Assembly (NCBI GenBank): GCA_028712895.1
Contig: JAQTPL010000002.1
Span: 5,303-69,302, forward strand
DNA length: 64,000 nt
Direction: 5' to 3'
DNA from: a bacterium
GTDB lineage: Bacteria; CAYTYR01; UBA6262
Of the stretch, positions 11,680-21,016 are shown piece by piece. The notes below the pieces were generated by a model. The model made no database searches and was not told the origin of the DNA. It saw only the letters and a list, made by a program, of their open reading frames with translations. The stretch's first letter is position 1. Each line of letters begins with the position of its first letter. The position numbers and the translations under genes are program-made.

Positions 11680-12149
11680 AAAATTAATACTGATTACTTG
11701 TATTATAAAATGTTTTACCGGGGTCCTGTCTCGGGTTGATTTTACAGGGACGTTTGCTCCACCCAGCGGTTCCGCTGCACTTTAGTTCAGCTTTTGCTCG
11801 TCCCGATACAGTACATCGGGACACCATGCTCGCAAAAGCATCAATAACCCTGGCAAAAATCAAACCCTCGCCACCCCCAGTTACTCTGATGATAACGGTA
11901 ACTGTATAGATCAGGGAACTCGTCATTATTTTGAGCGAGCTTGTCGTGTTTTAGCCAAAGCACGCTTGTAGACAACGAGGGTATCTGTTGGTTGCTGGAT
12001 GCCGAGCATGTTTGAGCCCAGGGGGCGAGTTGCGCAGGCACCGAGTTGTCAAAAGACCTTTGGCGCAGGTCCGCCAAGGGCGGACATGGAAACCGACACC
12101 GGAGCGAACAAATAGTGACAGTTCACTGATACGAGGAACATCTATTTTA

Positions 12150-12947
12150 TCAATACGAATGTTTTTTGTCTGGGAATTTGCCGGATTCCACTTCCCGTTT
12201 GTATTGTTTGAATGCTTTTAGCATTATCTTCCCTACATCCGCGTACTTCTTCACGAATTTCGGCTTAAAATCAGGAAACAGTCCCAGCATATCCGGAGTT
12301 ACCAGCACTTGCCCGTCGCAATATTGCCCGGCGCCGCAGCTGATCGTCGGTATATCCAGGCTCTCAGTGATCTCTTTAGCCAACTGCCAGGGCAAACCTT
12401 CCAGCACTATGGAAAAAACGCCTGCTTCCTGCAATAATAAGGCATCTTCTTTTAATCTCTCGGCTTGTTCTTTCTCCCGTCCTTGTACTTTATACCCGCC
12501 CATCTTATGCACTGCCTGGGGAGTCAGGCCGATATGCCCCATTACCGGAATATCCGCGTCAAGCATAGCTCTGACCGTCTTGAGCATTTCCCGCCCACCC
12601 TCGATCTTGACTGCTTCAGCTCCTCCTTCTTTCAGGAACCGTCCGGCATTGCGCACTGCTTCACTGGGCTTGATCTGGTAGGAAAGATACGGCATATCCG
12701 CTACCAATAAAGAATTCGTATTGCCTCTTTTGACCGCTTTGACATGATGCAGCATTTCTTCCATGGTCACCGGCAGTGTCGTCTCGTAGCCAAGCACCAC
12801 CATAGCCAGGGTATCACCTACCAGCAAAATATCAATGCCCGCTTCATTCATCAGCTTGGCTGTTAGATAATCATAGCACGTGAGCACGGTTATTTTTTGT
12901 TGGGCTTGTTTTTTGGTTATTAGTGAAGTTGTCGTTACTTTTCCCAT
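12150..12947 (-). CDS. panB: 3-methyl-2-oxobutanoate hydroxymethyltransferase
   Basis: KITVLTCYDYLTAKLMNEAGIDILLVGDTLAMVVLGYETTLPVT is canonical PanB. The start is chosen at ATG 12947-12945, which overlaps the upstream AAA gene stop by 1 nt (TAATG). The ORF track extends 10 codons further upstream. Confidence 0.9.
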   Translation of the reverse strand: MGKVTTTSLITKKQAQQKITVLTCYDYLTAKLMNEAGIDILLVGDTLAMVVLGYETTLPVTMEEMLHHVKAVKRGNTNSLLVADMPYLSYQIKPSEAVRNAGRFLKEGGAEAVKIEGGREMLKTVRAMLDADIPVMGHIGLTPQAVHKMGGYKVQGREKEQAERLKEDALLLQEAGVFSIVLEGLPWQLAKEITESLDIPTISCGAGQYCDGQVLVTPDMLGLFPDFKPKFVKKYADVGKIMLKAFKQYKREVESGKFPDKKHSY

Positions 12948-14437
12948 TATGCTTTCACTGCCCTTTCTTGAGCCCATTCTCGCAAAAAAGATATCTTTTC
13001 ACTCATGGTGACACTCAAAGGTTTGGTGTTTCGTATTTCTTCCATAATAATTTCTGTGGATAGCTCTTTTTTCTGGCTAAATGCACCGTAAAGCGCGGAA
13101 ATTATACTTTGCTCAATTTCCGCGCCACTAAATCCCTCACTTGCTTTGGTTAATTGCTCCAGGTCAAATTTAGCCGGATCGAATTCCCTCCTGTTGAAAT
13201 GGATCTTGAATATATCTATCCTATCTGCATCATTAGGAAGGTCAACAAAAAATATCTCGTCAAACCGGCCTTTTCTTAATAACTCCGGCGGTAGCATGGA
13301 GATATCATTACTGGTAGCTACTACAAAAACAGACTCCTTCTTATCCTGAAGCCAGGAAAGAAAAGTCCCCATGATCCTGTTAGAAACTCCCGCGTCAGTC
13401 TCGGTATTGGCAGAATAGGAGAATCCCTTTTCAATTTCGTCAATCCAGAGGACTGCCGGTGCAATACTTTCGGTTAAACTCAATGCCCGCCGTAAATTTG
13501 CCTCAGATTCTCCTATATATTTATTATAAAGAGTCCCTGGATCAAGTTTAAGTAAAGGCAAGCCCCATTCCTTAGCGACTGTTTTAGCAAATAAGCTCTT
13601 CCCGCAACCTTGCACTCCTATTACTAATACACCTTTGGGTGGCTGCAGTCCGTATGATCGCGCTTCTTCTACCCGGGTAAACATACATTTTCTTTTATCC
13701 AGCCAGATTTTCAGATTATTCAATCCGCCAATCGCAGTCAACCCTTCTTCTGGTATATAATATTCTAATAACCCTTCTTTTTCGACAATCTCTTTTTTAG
13801 CTCTTAATACCAGCCCCAGATTCTCTTCGGTGAGTTTCCCCTCACCCAAAATAACTTTATTTAAAGCTTTTTCTGCTTCAAACAGAGTAAGACCTTTAAG
13901 GTTATTCACTATTCTATCCAGGATTTCATCACGGCTATCGATAGATAAATACTTTTTGGGTGAGCGGGAAAAATCATAAACTGTTTTCAGCACAACTTCT
14001 TTCAATTCCTGTTCATTAGGCAGAGCCAGTCTAATATGGGCTATTAATTTTTCCAACTCCATAGGAATTTTAAAGTCCATTGCGGAAATAATAATAGTGC
14101 TTTTCGATCCAGACAAGCTTTGAGCTACATCCTTCAGCTTTCTCAGGATTAAAGGGGTTTCAATAAAATGATGCAGGTCTTTCAGCAGGTAAATAGCATT
14201 GATCTTGGCAATTCCAATATGATTTAATACTTTTAGCGGCTCCTTGGTATCATAAACCGGTTCTGGGTAGTTCTTCCTGATCAAACCCTCTGTCGCCGAC
14301 CAGACAAAGAACATTATGCCCATGTTATTAGCCACAGTGTTAATAATTGTTTCGGCCCGGTCTTCTTCCAAGGTTTCAAAATAGACTATTGGATAATGGG
14401 AATTGATCAACAGCTCTAATTCTCTGATGCAGTCCAT
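12947..14437 (-). CDS. AAA+ family ATPase with an uncharacterised N-terminal domain
   Basis: Walker A GVQGCGKS, Walker B VLWIDEIEK, and arginine-finger region SNDISMLPPELLRKGRFD. Confidence 0.8.
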   Translation of the reverse strand: MDCIRELELLINSHYPIVYFETLEEDRAETIINTVANNMGIMFFVWSATEGLIRKNYPEPVYDTKEPLKVLNHIGIAKINAIYLLKDLHHFIETPLILRKLKDVAQSLSGSKSTIIISAMDFKIPMELEKLIAHIRLALPNEQELKEVVLKTVYDFSRSPKKYLSIDSRDEILDRIVNNLKGLTLFEAEKALNKVILGEGKLTEENLGLVLRAKKEIVEKEGLLEYYIPEEGLTAIGGLNNLKIWLDKRKCMFTRVEEARSYGLQPPKGVLVIGVQGCGKSLFAKTVAKEWGLPLLKLDPGTLYNKYIGESEANLRRALSLTESIAPAVLWIDEIEKGFSYSANTETDAGVSNRIMGTFLSWLQDKKESVFVVATSNDISMLPPELLRKGRFDEIFFVDLPNDADRIDIFKIHFNRREFDPAKFDLEQLTKASEGFSGAEIEQSIISALYGAFSQKKELSTEIIMEEIRNTKPLSVTMSEKISFLREWAQERAVKA

Positions 14438-14438
14438 A

Positions 14439-14942
14439 TTATTGGCCTTCTATTACAGCAAGTAAATCTTTTATTTTTTTCTTTAATACCGGATGGATCA
14501 TTTCAGGAGCTATTTCCGTTAAAGGTTTTAGGATAAACCATCTTCTTTCCAAATCCAGATGAGGGATTACTAGTTTTTTAGTCCTTATTATCTTGTTGTT
14601 GTAGAGGAGTATATCTATATCAATGAGCCTGGGACCCCAATGTACAGACTTTATACGTCCCAGAGATTTTTCAATTACCTTGACTTGTTTCAACAGTTGC
14701 AGTGGCGTTAAACTTGTTTTTATTTCCGCGACTGCATTCAGGAAATCAGGCTGGTCCAGGTAACCAACTGGTTTAGTTTTGTAAAATGACGATACTTTTA
14801 ATACTTTTGTTTCCCGCCGCAACAACCTGATCGCTTCTTTAATATTCTTTTTCTTATTCCCCAGATTCGTCCCAAGCCCCAAGTATACGATCTTAACCCG
14901 TGACCCACGACCCGTGACCCGCGACTGCTTCACATTTACCAT
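14439..14942 (-). CDS. folK: 2-amino-4-hydroxy-6-hydroxymethyldihydropteridine diphosphokinase (HPPK)
   Basis: VYLGLGTNLGN...PVGYLDQPDFLNAV...WGPRLIDIDILLY matches HPPK motifs. The N-terminal coding region contains a 14 nt tandem duplication (cccgtgacccacga / cccgtgacccgcga). Confidence 0.85.
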   Translation of the reverse strand: MVNVKQSRVTGRGSRVKIVYLGLGTNLGNKKKNIKEAIRLLRRETKVLKVSSFYKTKPVGYLDQPDFLNAVAEIKTSLTPLQLLKQVKVIEKSLGRIKSVHWGPRLIDIDILLYNNKIIRTKKLVIPHLDLERRWFILKPLTEIAPEMIHPVLKKKIKDLLAVIEGQ

Positions 14943-16102
14943 TTTATCTTTTCAATGCGTTTCAGCGCTTCCTGCAGGCGTTTCTTATCCTGCGTGAGGG
15001 CAAAACGGATGTATCCTTCTCCTGAGGGGCCAAAGCCTATTCCAGGAGTAGCTACGATACCAGCCTTTTCTAATAGCATAGATGAGCAGTGCATTGAGGT
15101 ATATCGCGGCGGCACTTCTGCCCAGATATAGAAGCTGGCTTTTGGCTTATCCACTTTCCAGCCGAGTTTTTGCAAGCCATCCACAAAAATATCACGGCGC
15201 TCCTGGAATACTTCCCTCATTTTATCCACGCATTCCTGGTCACCGGTCAAGGCTGCTATGCCGGCATATTGCACTGCCTGGAAAACTCCTGAATCTACAT
15301 TTTCTTTAACCTTGGATAATCCCTGTAATACCCTGGCATTGCCGCAAGCCCAACCCAGGCGCCAGCCGGTCATGCAATATGTTTTCGATAAGGAATGGAA
15401 TTCAATGCCGACTTCCTTGGCCCCTGCCACTTCCAGGAAACTGGCCGGCTTCTCGCCATCATAATACATCTCGCTATAGGCCGCATCATGGCAAACAATA
15501 ATATTATGATGCTGGGCGAACTTCACTGCTGTTTCAAATAATTTCTTATCACAACAGGCAGCAGTGGGATTGTTAGGATAATTAATGAACATCAGGGATG
15601 CTTTTTTAGCCACAGTTTCGGGAATAGCATGAAAATCAGGCAGGAAATGGTTTTTCTTTTTCAAGGGCATAAAATAATTTTGTCCCCCGGCAAAAACCGT
15701 CCCATTAGCATAAACCGGATAGCCTGGTTCAGGCACCAGCACATCATCACCGGGATCAACGAAAGCGTCATGGATATGGTAAATACCTTCCTTGGAACCA
15801 GCCAAAGCAACGACTTCTGTCGCCGGGTCCAGGACAACATTAAATCTTTTTTTGTACCAGTCAGCTACCGCCTGCCGGAACTCCAGCAACCCAATACCGA
15901 AAGGATATCTTTGGTTATCCAGTATGCGCATCGCTTTATTCGCGGCTTCCACTATATGGCCAGGGGTCGGTAAATCAGGGTCGCCGACTCCCAGGTCGAT
16001 CACGTCCACGCCTTGGTCTTTGGCTTGTTTCTTTTTCTTGTCAATTTCAATAAACAAATAAGGCGGTAATTTCTTTAATTTCTCGCTGAAATCGATCTGC
16101 AT
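14936..16102 (-). CDS. dapL: PLP-dependent aminotransferase, LL-diaminopimelate aminotransferase (DapL)-like
   Basis: The N-terminus KLPPYLFIEIDKKKKQAKDQGVDVIDLGVGDPDLPTPGHI matches the DapL family signature. The PLP lysine lies in SLSKTYCMTGWRLG. The gene sits in a dapB-dapA-dapF-lysA neighbourhood that lacks dapD/dapC/dapE. Confidence 0.65.
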   Translation of the reverse strand: MQIDFSEKLKKLPPYLFIEIDKKKKQAKDQGVDVIDLGVGDPDLPTPGHIVEAANKAMRILDNQRYPFGIGLLEFRQAVADWYKKRFNVVLDPATEVVALAGSKEGIYHIHDAFVDPGDDVLVPEPGYPVYANGTVFAGGQNYFMPLKKKNHFLPDFHAIPETVAKKASLMFINYPNNPTAACCDKKLFETAVKFAQHHNIIVCHDAAYSEMYYDGEKPASFLEVAGAKEVGIEFHSLSKTYCMTGWRLGWACGNARVLQGLSKVKENVDSGVFQAVQYAGIAALTGDQECVDKMREVFQERRDIFVDGLQKLGWKVDKPKASFYIWAEVPPRYTSMHCSSMLLEKAGIVATPGIGFGPSGEGYIRFALTQDKKRLQEALKRIEKIKW

Positions 16103-16114
16103 CCCCAGCTCCTT

Positions 16115-16402
16115 TTACTTTTTAAAAATATAGATGACCTCCCCGGTCACGATCAAGAGCACAACAGCAGCAATAATATTGGTAGTCAGGCTATGAGCTA
16201 CCATTAAAGACCAGAATAGCCAAAACAATAAACCAATACAAACAATAACAATCACTATTGTCGCGGCTACATTAGCCGGATCCCAACCTTCTTCTGTCTC
16301 CGGGGTGTTTACGGTTTGATCTTCAATCTTCGGTTTCTCGTCTCCGGCCATCTTCTCCCCCAAAATTAGTATGTTTTGTTTTTTTGCAGCCAATTCTGCC
16401 AT
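16115..16402 (-). CDS. Small membrane protein (one or two TM helices), hypothetical
   Basis: ORF with hydrophobic segments IVIVIVCIGLLFWLFWSLMV. The start is uncertain because the listed ORF overlaps the upstream HEAT-repeat gene by 37 nt. An internal ATG (MAGDEKPK) would avoid the overlap. Confidence 0.4.
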   Translation of the reverse strand: MAELAAKKQNILILGEKMAGDEKPKIEDQTVNTPETEEGWDPANVAATIVIVIVCIGLLFWLFWSLMVAHSLTTNIIAAVVLLIVTGEVIYIFKK

Positions 16403-18408
16403 CTATCTTTGTCTTCACCATAACTCTTGCCGGTGATCTTCTCGAGCGCCACTGCAGCTACCACCCGTACGCTGGGAAACTTATCATTCAGCGCTTCAAT
16501 AAGCGGTTTAATTGCCTGTTCATCTTTAATTTCCCCTAAGGACCAGGCTGCTTTTTCCCGGACTCCCGAATTAGGATCTTTTAGAACCTTGACCAGCGGC
16601 ATAGTCGCCTGGTTATTGCCAATCTCACCCAGTGATTTGGCTACCTGCTCACGCACTAATTCACTTTCATCTTGCAGGGTTTCTATTAATGGTTGGACAG
16701 CCCTTGAATCCCTGATCTTGCCCAGGGCAAAAGCCACATCAGTCCGCACTTCTTTTTTTTCATTCTTTAACGACATGATCAATGGTTCTACCGCCCGGCT
16801 GTCGCAGATGATACCAAGAGTTACCGCTGCGACTATACGCACATTTTTATCCATATCCCTGAGCGCGGCGATCAACGGCTCCACGGCACGGGGATCTTTT
16901 ATTTTTCCCAAAGACAAGGCAGCATTCCAGCGCACCATATCATCATGGTCTTTCAACAACCTAATAAGGGATTCCGTAGCCCGGGAATCCCGCAACTCAC
17001 CGAGAGTCAAAGCCGCATACCGGCGCTTCACTTCATTACTATCGCTTAAGGAGATGATCAGCGGATCAATTGCCGCTTCTCCTATCTTGACCAGCGCTTC
17101 TGAAGTACTTTCGCGCACATTTTCATTTTTATCTTGCAAAGTCCGGATCAGCGGATCAACAGCCCGGCCATCCCGGATTTCCCCTAGAGCCTTAGCCGAA
17201 TTTTTTCGCACTTCCGCATTTTCATCTTTTAAAGCTTCAATCAGGGCTTCAACAGCCCGGTTGTCCCGCACCTCTCCCAATATTATAGCTACATTTTTGC
17301 GCACATTTACATTACTGTCTTTCAGCGCTGAAATGAGTGGATTTACAGCTGGGTTACCGATAATCTGGGTAATAGCTTCAGTTACTGAATTTTGGATGAA
17401 CTTAAAATTCTTTTCATCTTTCATGGCTTCGATCAAAGGCAATACAGCGCGGGTATCGCGTATTTCCCCCAAGGCCCGGGCCGCCTGCTCGCGGACCATC
17501 TCCCCTTTATCATACAAAGCCGAGACTAAAGGATCAACTGCCCGGTTATCCCTGATCTTGCCGAGCGCTTTAACCGCTTCTTCACGGACAATGGCATTTT
17601 CATCTTTTAAAGCCCTGATCAATGGCTCTACTGCCCGCCCATCACCGATTTCACCAAGAGCCTTGGCCACATATTTCCGTATAAACCACTTATCTTCACT
17701 TAAAGCAGTAATTAACGGGTTCACTGCCGATTTACCGATCTTGACCAGGGACCTGGACGCATAACGCCGGGCAATATCATTCTTGTCCTTCAAAGCAGTG
17801 ATCAAGGCTGAAACCGCCGGCTCGCCAATTCTCTCCAGGGATAAGATCGATTCCCTGAGCACGAACCCATCATCATCTTTTAATCCGGCTACCAGTGCTT
17901 CCACCGCCCGGCTGTCGCCTATATCTCCAAGCGCTTTAGCCGCATGCTCCCTGACCGTGGAATTCTCATCTCTCAGTGACCCGATCAGGGCTTCTACCGC
18001 CCTGGTATTCTTTAACGCCCCAAGAGCTCGGGCAGCCTGGTCGCGCGCATACCATTTTTCCGCCTTGAGCGTGCTGATCAACGGATCAACGGCTGCTTCA
18101 CCGGTAGCCACCAGCGCCTGCTCCGTAACTTCGATAAATTCACGTGAATTTGTATCGCTTAATAATTGTATTAAATAAGGAATTGCCGGTGCAGCTTTTT
18201 CTCCCATATCCCTGAGTGCCAGAACAGCCTGTTGCCTCTCATCAGGATCTGTTGCATATAATCTTTCGATGTGGATCCTTAAGTCTCCGGTGACAGAAGC
18301 AGGGATATTGGCAGGAATCTTTGATGTCTGGGCATTCACTGGGCTGACAATGAACATAATGATTCCGATTAACACTCCGCGTCGAACTATGGAGTTAATC
18401 GTGGTCAT
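16366..18408 (-). CDS. Secreted HEAT-repeat (PBS-lyase-type) protein, about 20 tandem repeats
   Basis: Signal peptide, then repeated units of the form AVxPLIxALKDxNxxVRxxAAKALGEIxDxR along the whole protein. The underlying DNA is visibly periodic. Confidence 0.85.
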   Translation of the reverse strand: MTTINSIVRRGVLIGIIMFIVSPVNAQTSKIPANIPASVTGDLRIHIERLYATDPDERQQAVLALRDMGEKAAPAIPYLIQLLSDTNSREFIEVTEQALVATGEAAVDPLISTLKAEKWYARDQAARALGALKNTRAVEALIGSLRDENSTVREHAAKALGDIGDSRAVEALVAGLKDDDGFVLRESILSLERIGEPAVSALITALKDKNDIARRYASRSLVKIGKSAVNPLITALSEDKWFIRKYVAKALGEIGDGRAVEPLIRALKDENAIVREEAVKALGKIRDNRAVDPLVSALYDKGEMVREQAARALGEIRDTRAVLPLIEAMKDEKNFKFIQNSVTEAITQIIGNPAVNPLISALKDSNVNVRKNVAIILGEVRDNRAVEALIEALKDENAEVRKNSAKALGEIRDGRAVDPLIRTLQDKNENVRESTSEALVKIGEAAIDPLIISLSDSNEVKRRYAALTLGELRDSRATESLIRLLKDHDDMVRWNAALSLGKIKDPRAVEPLIAALRDMDKNVRIVAAVTLGIICDSRAVEPLIMSLKNEKKEVRTDVAFALGKIRDSRAVQPLIETLQDESELVREQVAKSLGEIGNNQATMPLVKVLKDPNSGVREKAAWSLGEIKDEQAIKPLIEALNDKFPSVRVVAAVALEKITGKSYGEDKDRWQNWLQKNKTY

Positions 18409-19208
18409 ACATTGCTCTCCCCTATTACATTATTTTTTAAAGTGCCGACACCGGGGATAGTCACTTCTACCGTATCGCCGACCTTCATAGTGCCCACGCC
18501 TGGCGGTGTTCCTGTGGTTATTACATCACCAGGTAAAAGGGTCATCACGCGGGATATAAAACTAACCAGTTGTGGAATGGGAAAAATCAGGTTTTTCGTA
18601 CTGGCAGACTGCTTAACCTGTCCGTTCAGGCGCAGTTCCACTGCTATATCTGCCAGGTTCAGGCCACTGGCAATAAATGGTCCCAGCGGACTGAATGTGT
18701 CAAAACTCTTGGCTCTGGTCCACTGCCCGTCTTTCTTTTGCAGGTCCCGGGCAGTAACATCATTAAAACAGGTAATCCCGAGAATATATTCGTTAGCTTT
18801 TTCCGGTGTAATATACCGGCAAACTTTTTTAATGACTATAGCTACTTCACCCTCGTAGCCCAGTTGGGCACACATCTTAGGAAATATTATCTTGTCACCA
18901 GACCCGATCACAGATGTGCTGGGCTTAATGAATAAAACTGGTTCTTCAGGAACCGGCATTTTCAGCTCTTTGGCATGGTCAGTATAATTCAATCCCACAG
19001 CCACGATCTTGGAAGGCAAACAGGGCATTAAGATCTTGCACTGGGATAATGGGTGTTTATGGTGGCCAGGATATGAACCATAATCACCTTCCAGTTCCAA
19101 GATAATATCATCCTTTTCCAGTATCCCGTATTTTATTTCATTATTATGCGAGAATCTTAGATATTTCACGATTTCCCCTTTTCCCGCTTTTAATGTTTTC
19201 TCTATCAA
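18405..19208 (-). CDS. Fumarylacetoacetate hydrolase (FAH) family protein
   Basis: IVAVGLNYTDHAKE...YEGEVAIVIKK...FNDVTARDLQ...VITTGTPPGVG are FAH-family motifs. Confidence 0.8.
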   Translation of the reverse strand: MIEKTLKAGKGEIVKYLRFSHNNEIKYGILEKDDIILELEGDYGSYPGHHKHPLSQCKILMPCLPSKIVAVGLNYTDHAKELKMPVPEEPVLFIKPSTSVIGSGDKIIFPKMCAQLGYEGEVAIVIKKVCRYITPEKANEYILGITCFNDVTARDLQKKDGQWTRAKSFDTFSPLGPFIASGLNLADIAVELRLNGQVKQSASTKNLIFPIPQLVSFISRVMTLLPGDVITTGTPPGVGTMKVGDTVEVTIPGVGTLKNNVIGESNV

Positions 19209-19222
19209 CTATCAACAACTAA

Positions 19223-20005
19223 CTATTTTAGTCCTAAAACATCCTGCATATCATAAAAGCCGGTTTTAGCCGTGGCCATAAACCTGATAGCCCGCACTAC
19301 GCCGCGGGCCAGCGTGTCACGGCTGGAAGCGCGATGAGTTAATTCTATCCTTTCGCCGTGCCCGGCAAAGATTACAGTATGGTCACCGACAATATCCCCG
19401 CCGCGGATCGAATGGATACCGATTTCCTTGGGCAGGCGCTCTCCCACATTTCCTTTTCTGCCATATACCAGGTCTTCCTTGACATTACGGTTAAGAGCCT
19501 TGGCAATTTCCTCAGCCAGGGTCATAGCTGTCCCGCTGGGAGCATCTTTTTTCCGGTTATGATGCGCTTCCACAATTTCTACATCATAAGAATCTCCCAG
19601 GATCGGGGCAACATCGCGTACCAACCGGAACAACAAATTCATGCCAATGCTCATATTGGAAGCTAATAAGCACGGGAAATTCTGCGTAATGAATTTGATG
19701 TTCTTAATTTCATCTTCAGTAAATCCGGTAGTGCCAATAATGAACGGCTTTTTCAGCCGTGATAGGACCGCCAAAAAATCCAAAGTGGCTTTGGGTGAAG
19801 TAAAATCCACCACTACATCAGCCAGCGGAGCAACTTCTTCCAGATTATGAATGATCTTGACATCAGGACTTATCCGCGTACCCAGCATTGGATTATGGGA
19901 TCCCTCAATGGCTCCTACTAATTTTATATCTTTTTCCTCTTGGATGATACTAATGATCTTCTGCCCCATCCGGCCGGCAGCACCGCAAATCACTACTTTA
20001 ATCAT
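19223..20005 (-). CDS. dapB: 4-hydroxy-tetrahydrodipicolinate reductase
   Basis: MIKVVICGAAGRMGQKII Rossmann N-terminus and the HHNRKKDAPSGTA motif. Confidence 0.9.
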   Translation of the reverse strand: MIKVVICGAAGRMGQKIISIIQEEKDIKLVGAIEGSHNPMLGTRISPDVKIIHNLEEVAPLADVVVDFTSPKATLDFLAVLSRLKKPFIIGTTGFTEDEIKNIKFITQNFPCLLASNMSIGMNLLFRLVRDVAPILGDSYDVEIVEAHHNRKKDAPSGTAMTLAEEIAKALNRNVKEDLVYGRKGNVGERLPKEIGIHSIRGGDIVGDHTVIFAGHGERIELTHRASSRDTLARGVVRAIRFMATAKTGFYDMQDVLGLK

Positions 20006-20045
20006 AATTCCTCCAAACTATCCACCATACGCTATACGCTGTAAA

Positions 20046-20918
20046 TTAAATCAATCCGTAGTCTTTCATTACTTTCTTTAGCTTCGGCACATTACTTTCC
20101 GCCATTGGTGATAATGGCAACCGCATTTCAGGGGAACATATTCCCATAATACCCATGGCTGTTTTCACCGGGATGGGATTAGTTTCAATGAACATAGCTT
20201 TCATCAGCTCAAACATCTTAAAATGCAATGCGCGGGATTTGGCCAGATCCCCTTTTTCAAAGGCGCTGGTCATGGCGGCAATATCAGCGGGAATAATATT
20301 AGAAACGACAGAAATTACTCCCTTGCCACCCAGGGCCAGGATCAGGAAAGTAAGCGAATCCTCACCGCTTAATACCGTAAAATCAGCGGCGACGTTTTGC
20401 ACGATCTGACTCACCTGCTCCAGGTTCCCGCTCGCTTCCTTTATACCTACAACATTTTTCACCTTGGATAGCCTGATGACAGTTTCCGGAAGCAAGTTCA
20501 CACTGGTTCGTCCAGGCACATTGTACAGCACTTGGGGGATATCCACCGTCTCAGCTATTTTCTTAAAATGCAGGTACATTCCTTCCTGTGTAGGCTTATT
20601 ATAATATGGGGTGATCAATAAAGCTCCGTCTGCCCCGGCATCTTTGGCATACTGGGTCAAGGTTATGGCTTCATCGGTACTATTAGAACCAGTGCCAGCC
20701 AGTATTTTCACCCTCTTCTTAGCCTGCTGTACACAGAACTTTATTACCTGGTCATGTTCTTCGTAGGTCAAGGTGGCTGATTCCCCGGTTGTACCGCAGG
20801 GGACCAACACTTTGATGCCATTCTTTATCTGGGATTCTATTAATTTTCCCAGTGCCTCATAATCTACTTTACCGTTGGCAAAGGGTGTTACTATTGCTGT
20901 TCCTGAACCGCTAAACAT
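20046..20918 (-). CDS. dapA: 4-hydroxy-tetrahydrodipicolinate synthase
   Basis: TAIVTPF...LVPCGTTGESATLT...ILAGTGSNST and the Schiff-base lysine context GVKE. Confidence 0.9.
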   Translation of the reverse strand: MFSGSGTAIVTPFANGKVDYEALGKLIESQIKNGIKVLVPCGTTGESATLTYEEHDQVIKFCVQQAKKRVKILAGTGSNSTDEAITLTQYAKDAGADGALLITPYYNKPTQEGMYLHFKKIAETVDIPQVLYNVPGRTSVNLLPETVIRLSKVKNVVGIKEASGNLEQVSQIVQNVAADFTVLSGEDSLTFLILALGGKGVISVVSNIIPADIAAMTSAFEKGDLAKSRALHFKMFELMKAMFIETNPIPVKTAMGIMGICSPEMRLPLSPMAESNVPKLKKVMKDYGLI

Positions 20919-21016
20919 CTTCTTCCTCCTACCTTTCTATTACTTTTCTTTAATTGTTCTTGCTTTTTCTATCAACTACCACCCGCCAGAGTCCGTTGGC
21001 GGGGTCCTATCAACTA

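Noticed and set aside
11736-12100. tmRNA (ssrA) on the plus strand, suggested by the 5' motif GGGGTCCTGTCTCGGGTTGATTTTACAGGG
   Set aside because: No T-arm with a GGTTCGA-type loop followed by an acceptor 3' strand and ACCA is present downstream. No tag reading frame ends in an (A/L)AA-stop-like peptide. The strand is opposite to all neighbouring genes. The region is kept only as an unexplained structured region.
11680-12150. RNase P RNA, SRP RNA or TPP riboswitch in the same intergenic region
   Set aside because: The universal RNase P GGAAAGUCCGGGCUCC / ACAGAAxCCGGCUUA elements are absent. The SRP domain IV consensus is absent. TPP-like CCUGAUCU is present, but CUGAGA is missing and the element order is wrong.
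16427-18178. Long plus-strand ORFs (445 aa and 131 aa) antisense to the HEAT-repeat gene
   Set aside because: Their proteins are low-complexity Ser/Ala/Arg-rich with no motifs. They arise because the periodic HEAT-repeat DNA lacks stop codons in the opposite frame. The minus-strand gene has a signal peptide and coherent repeats.
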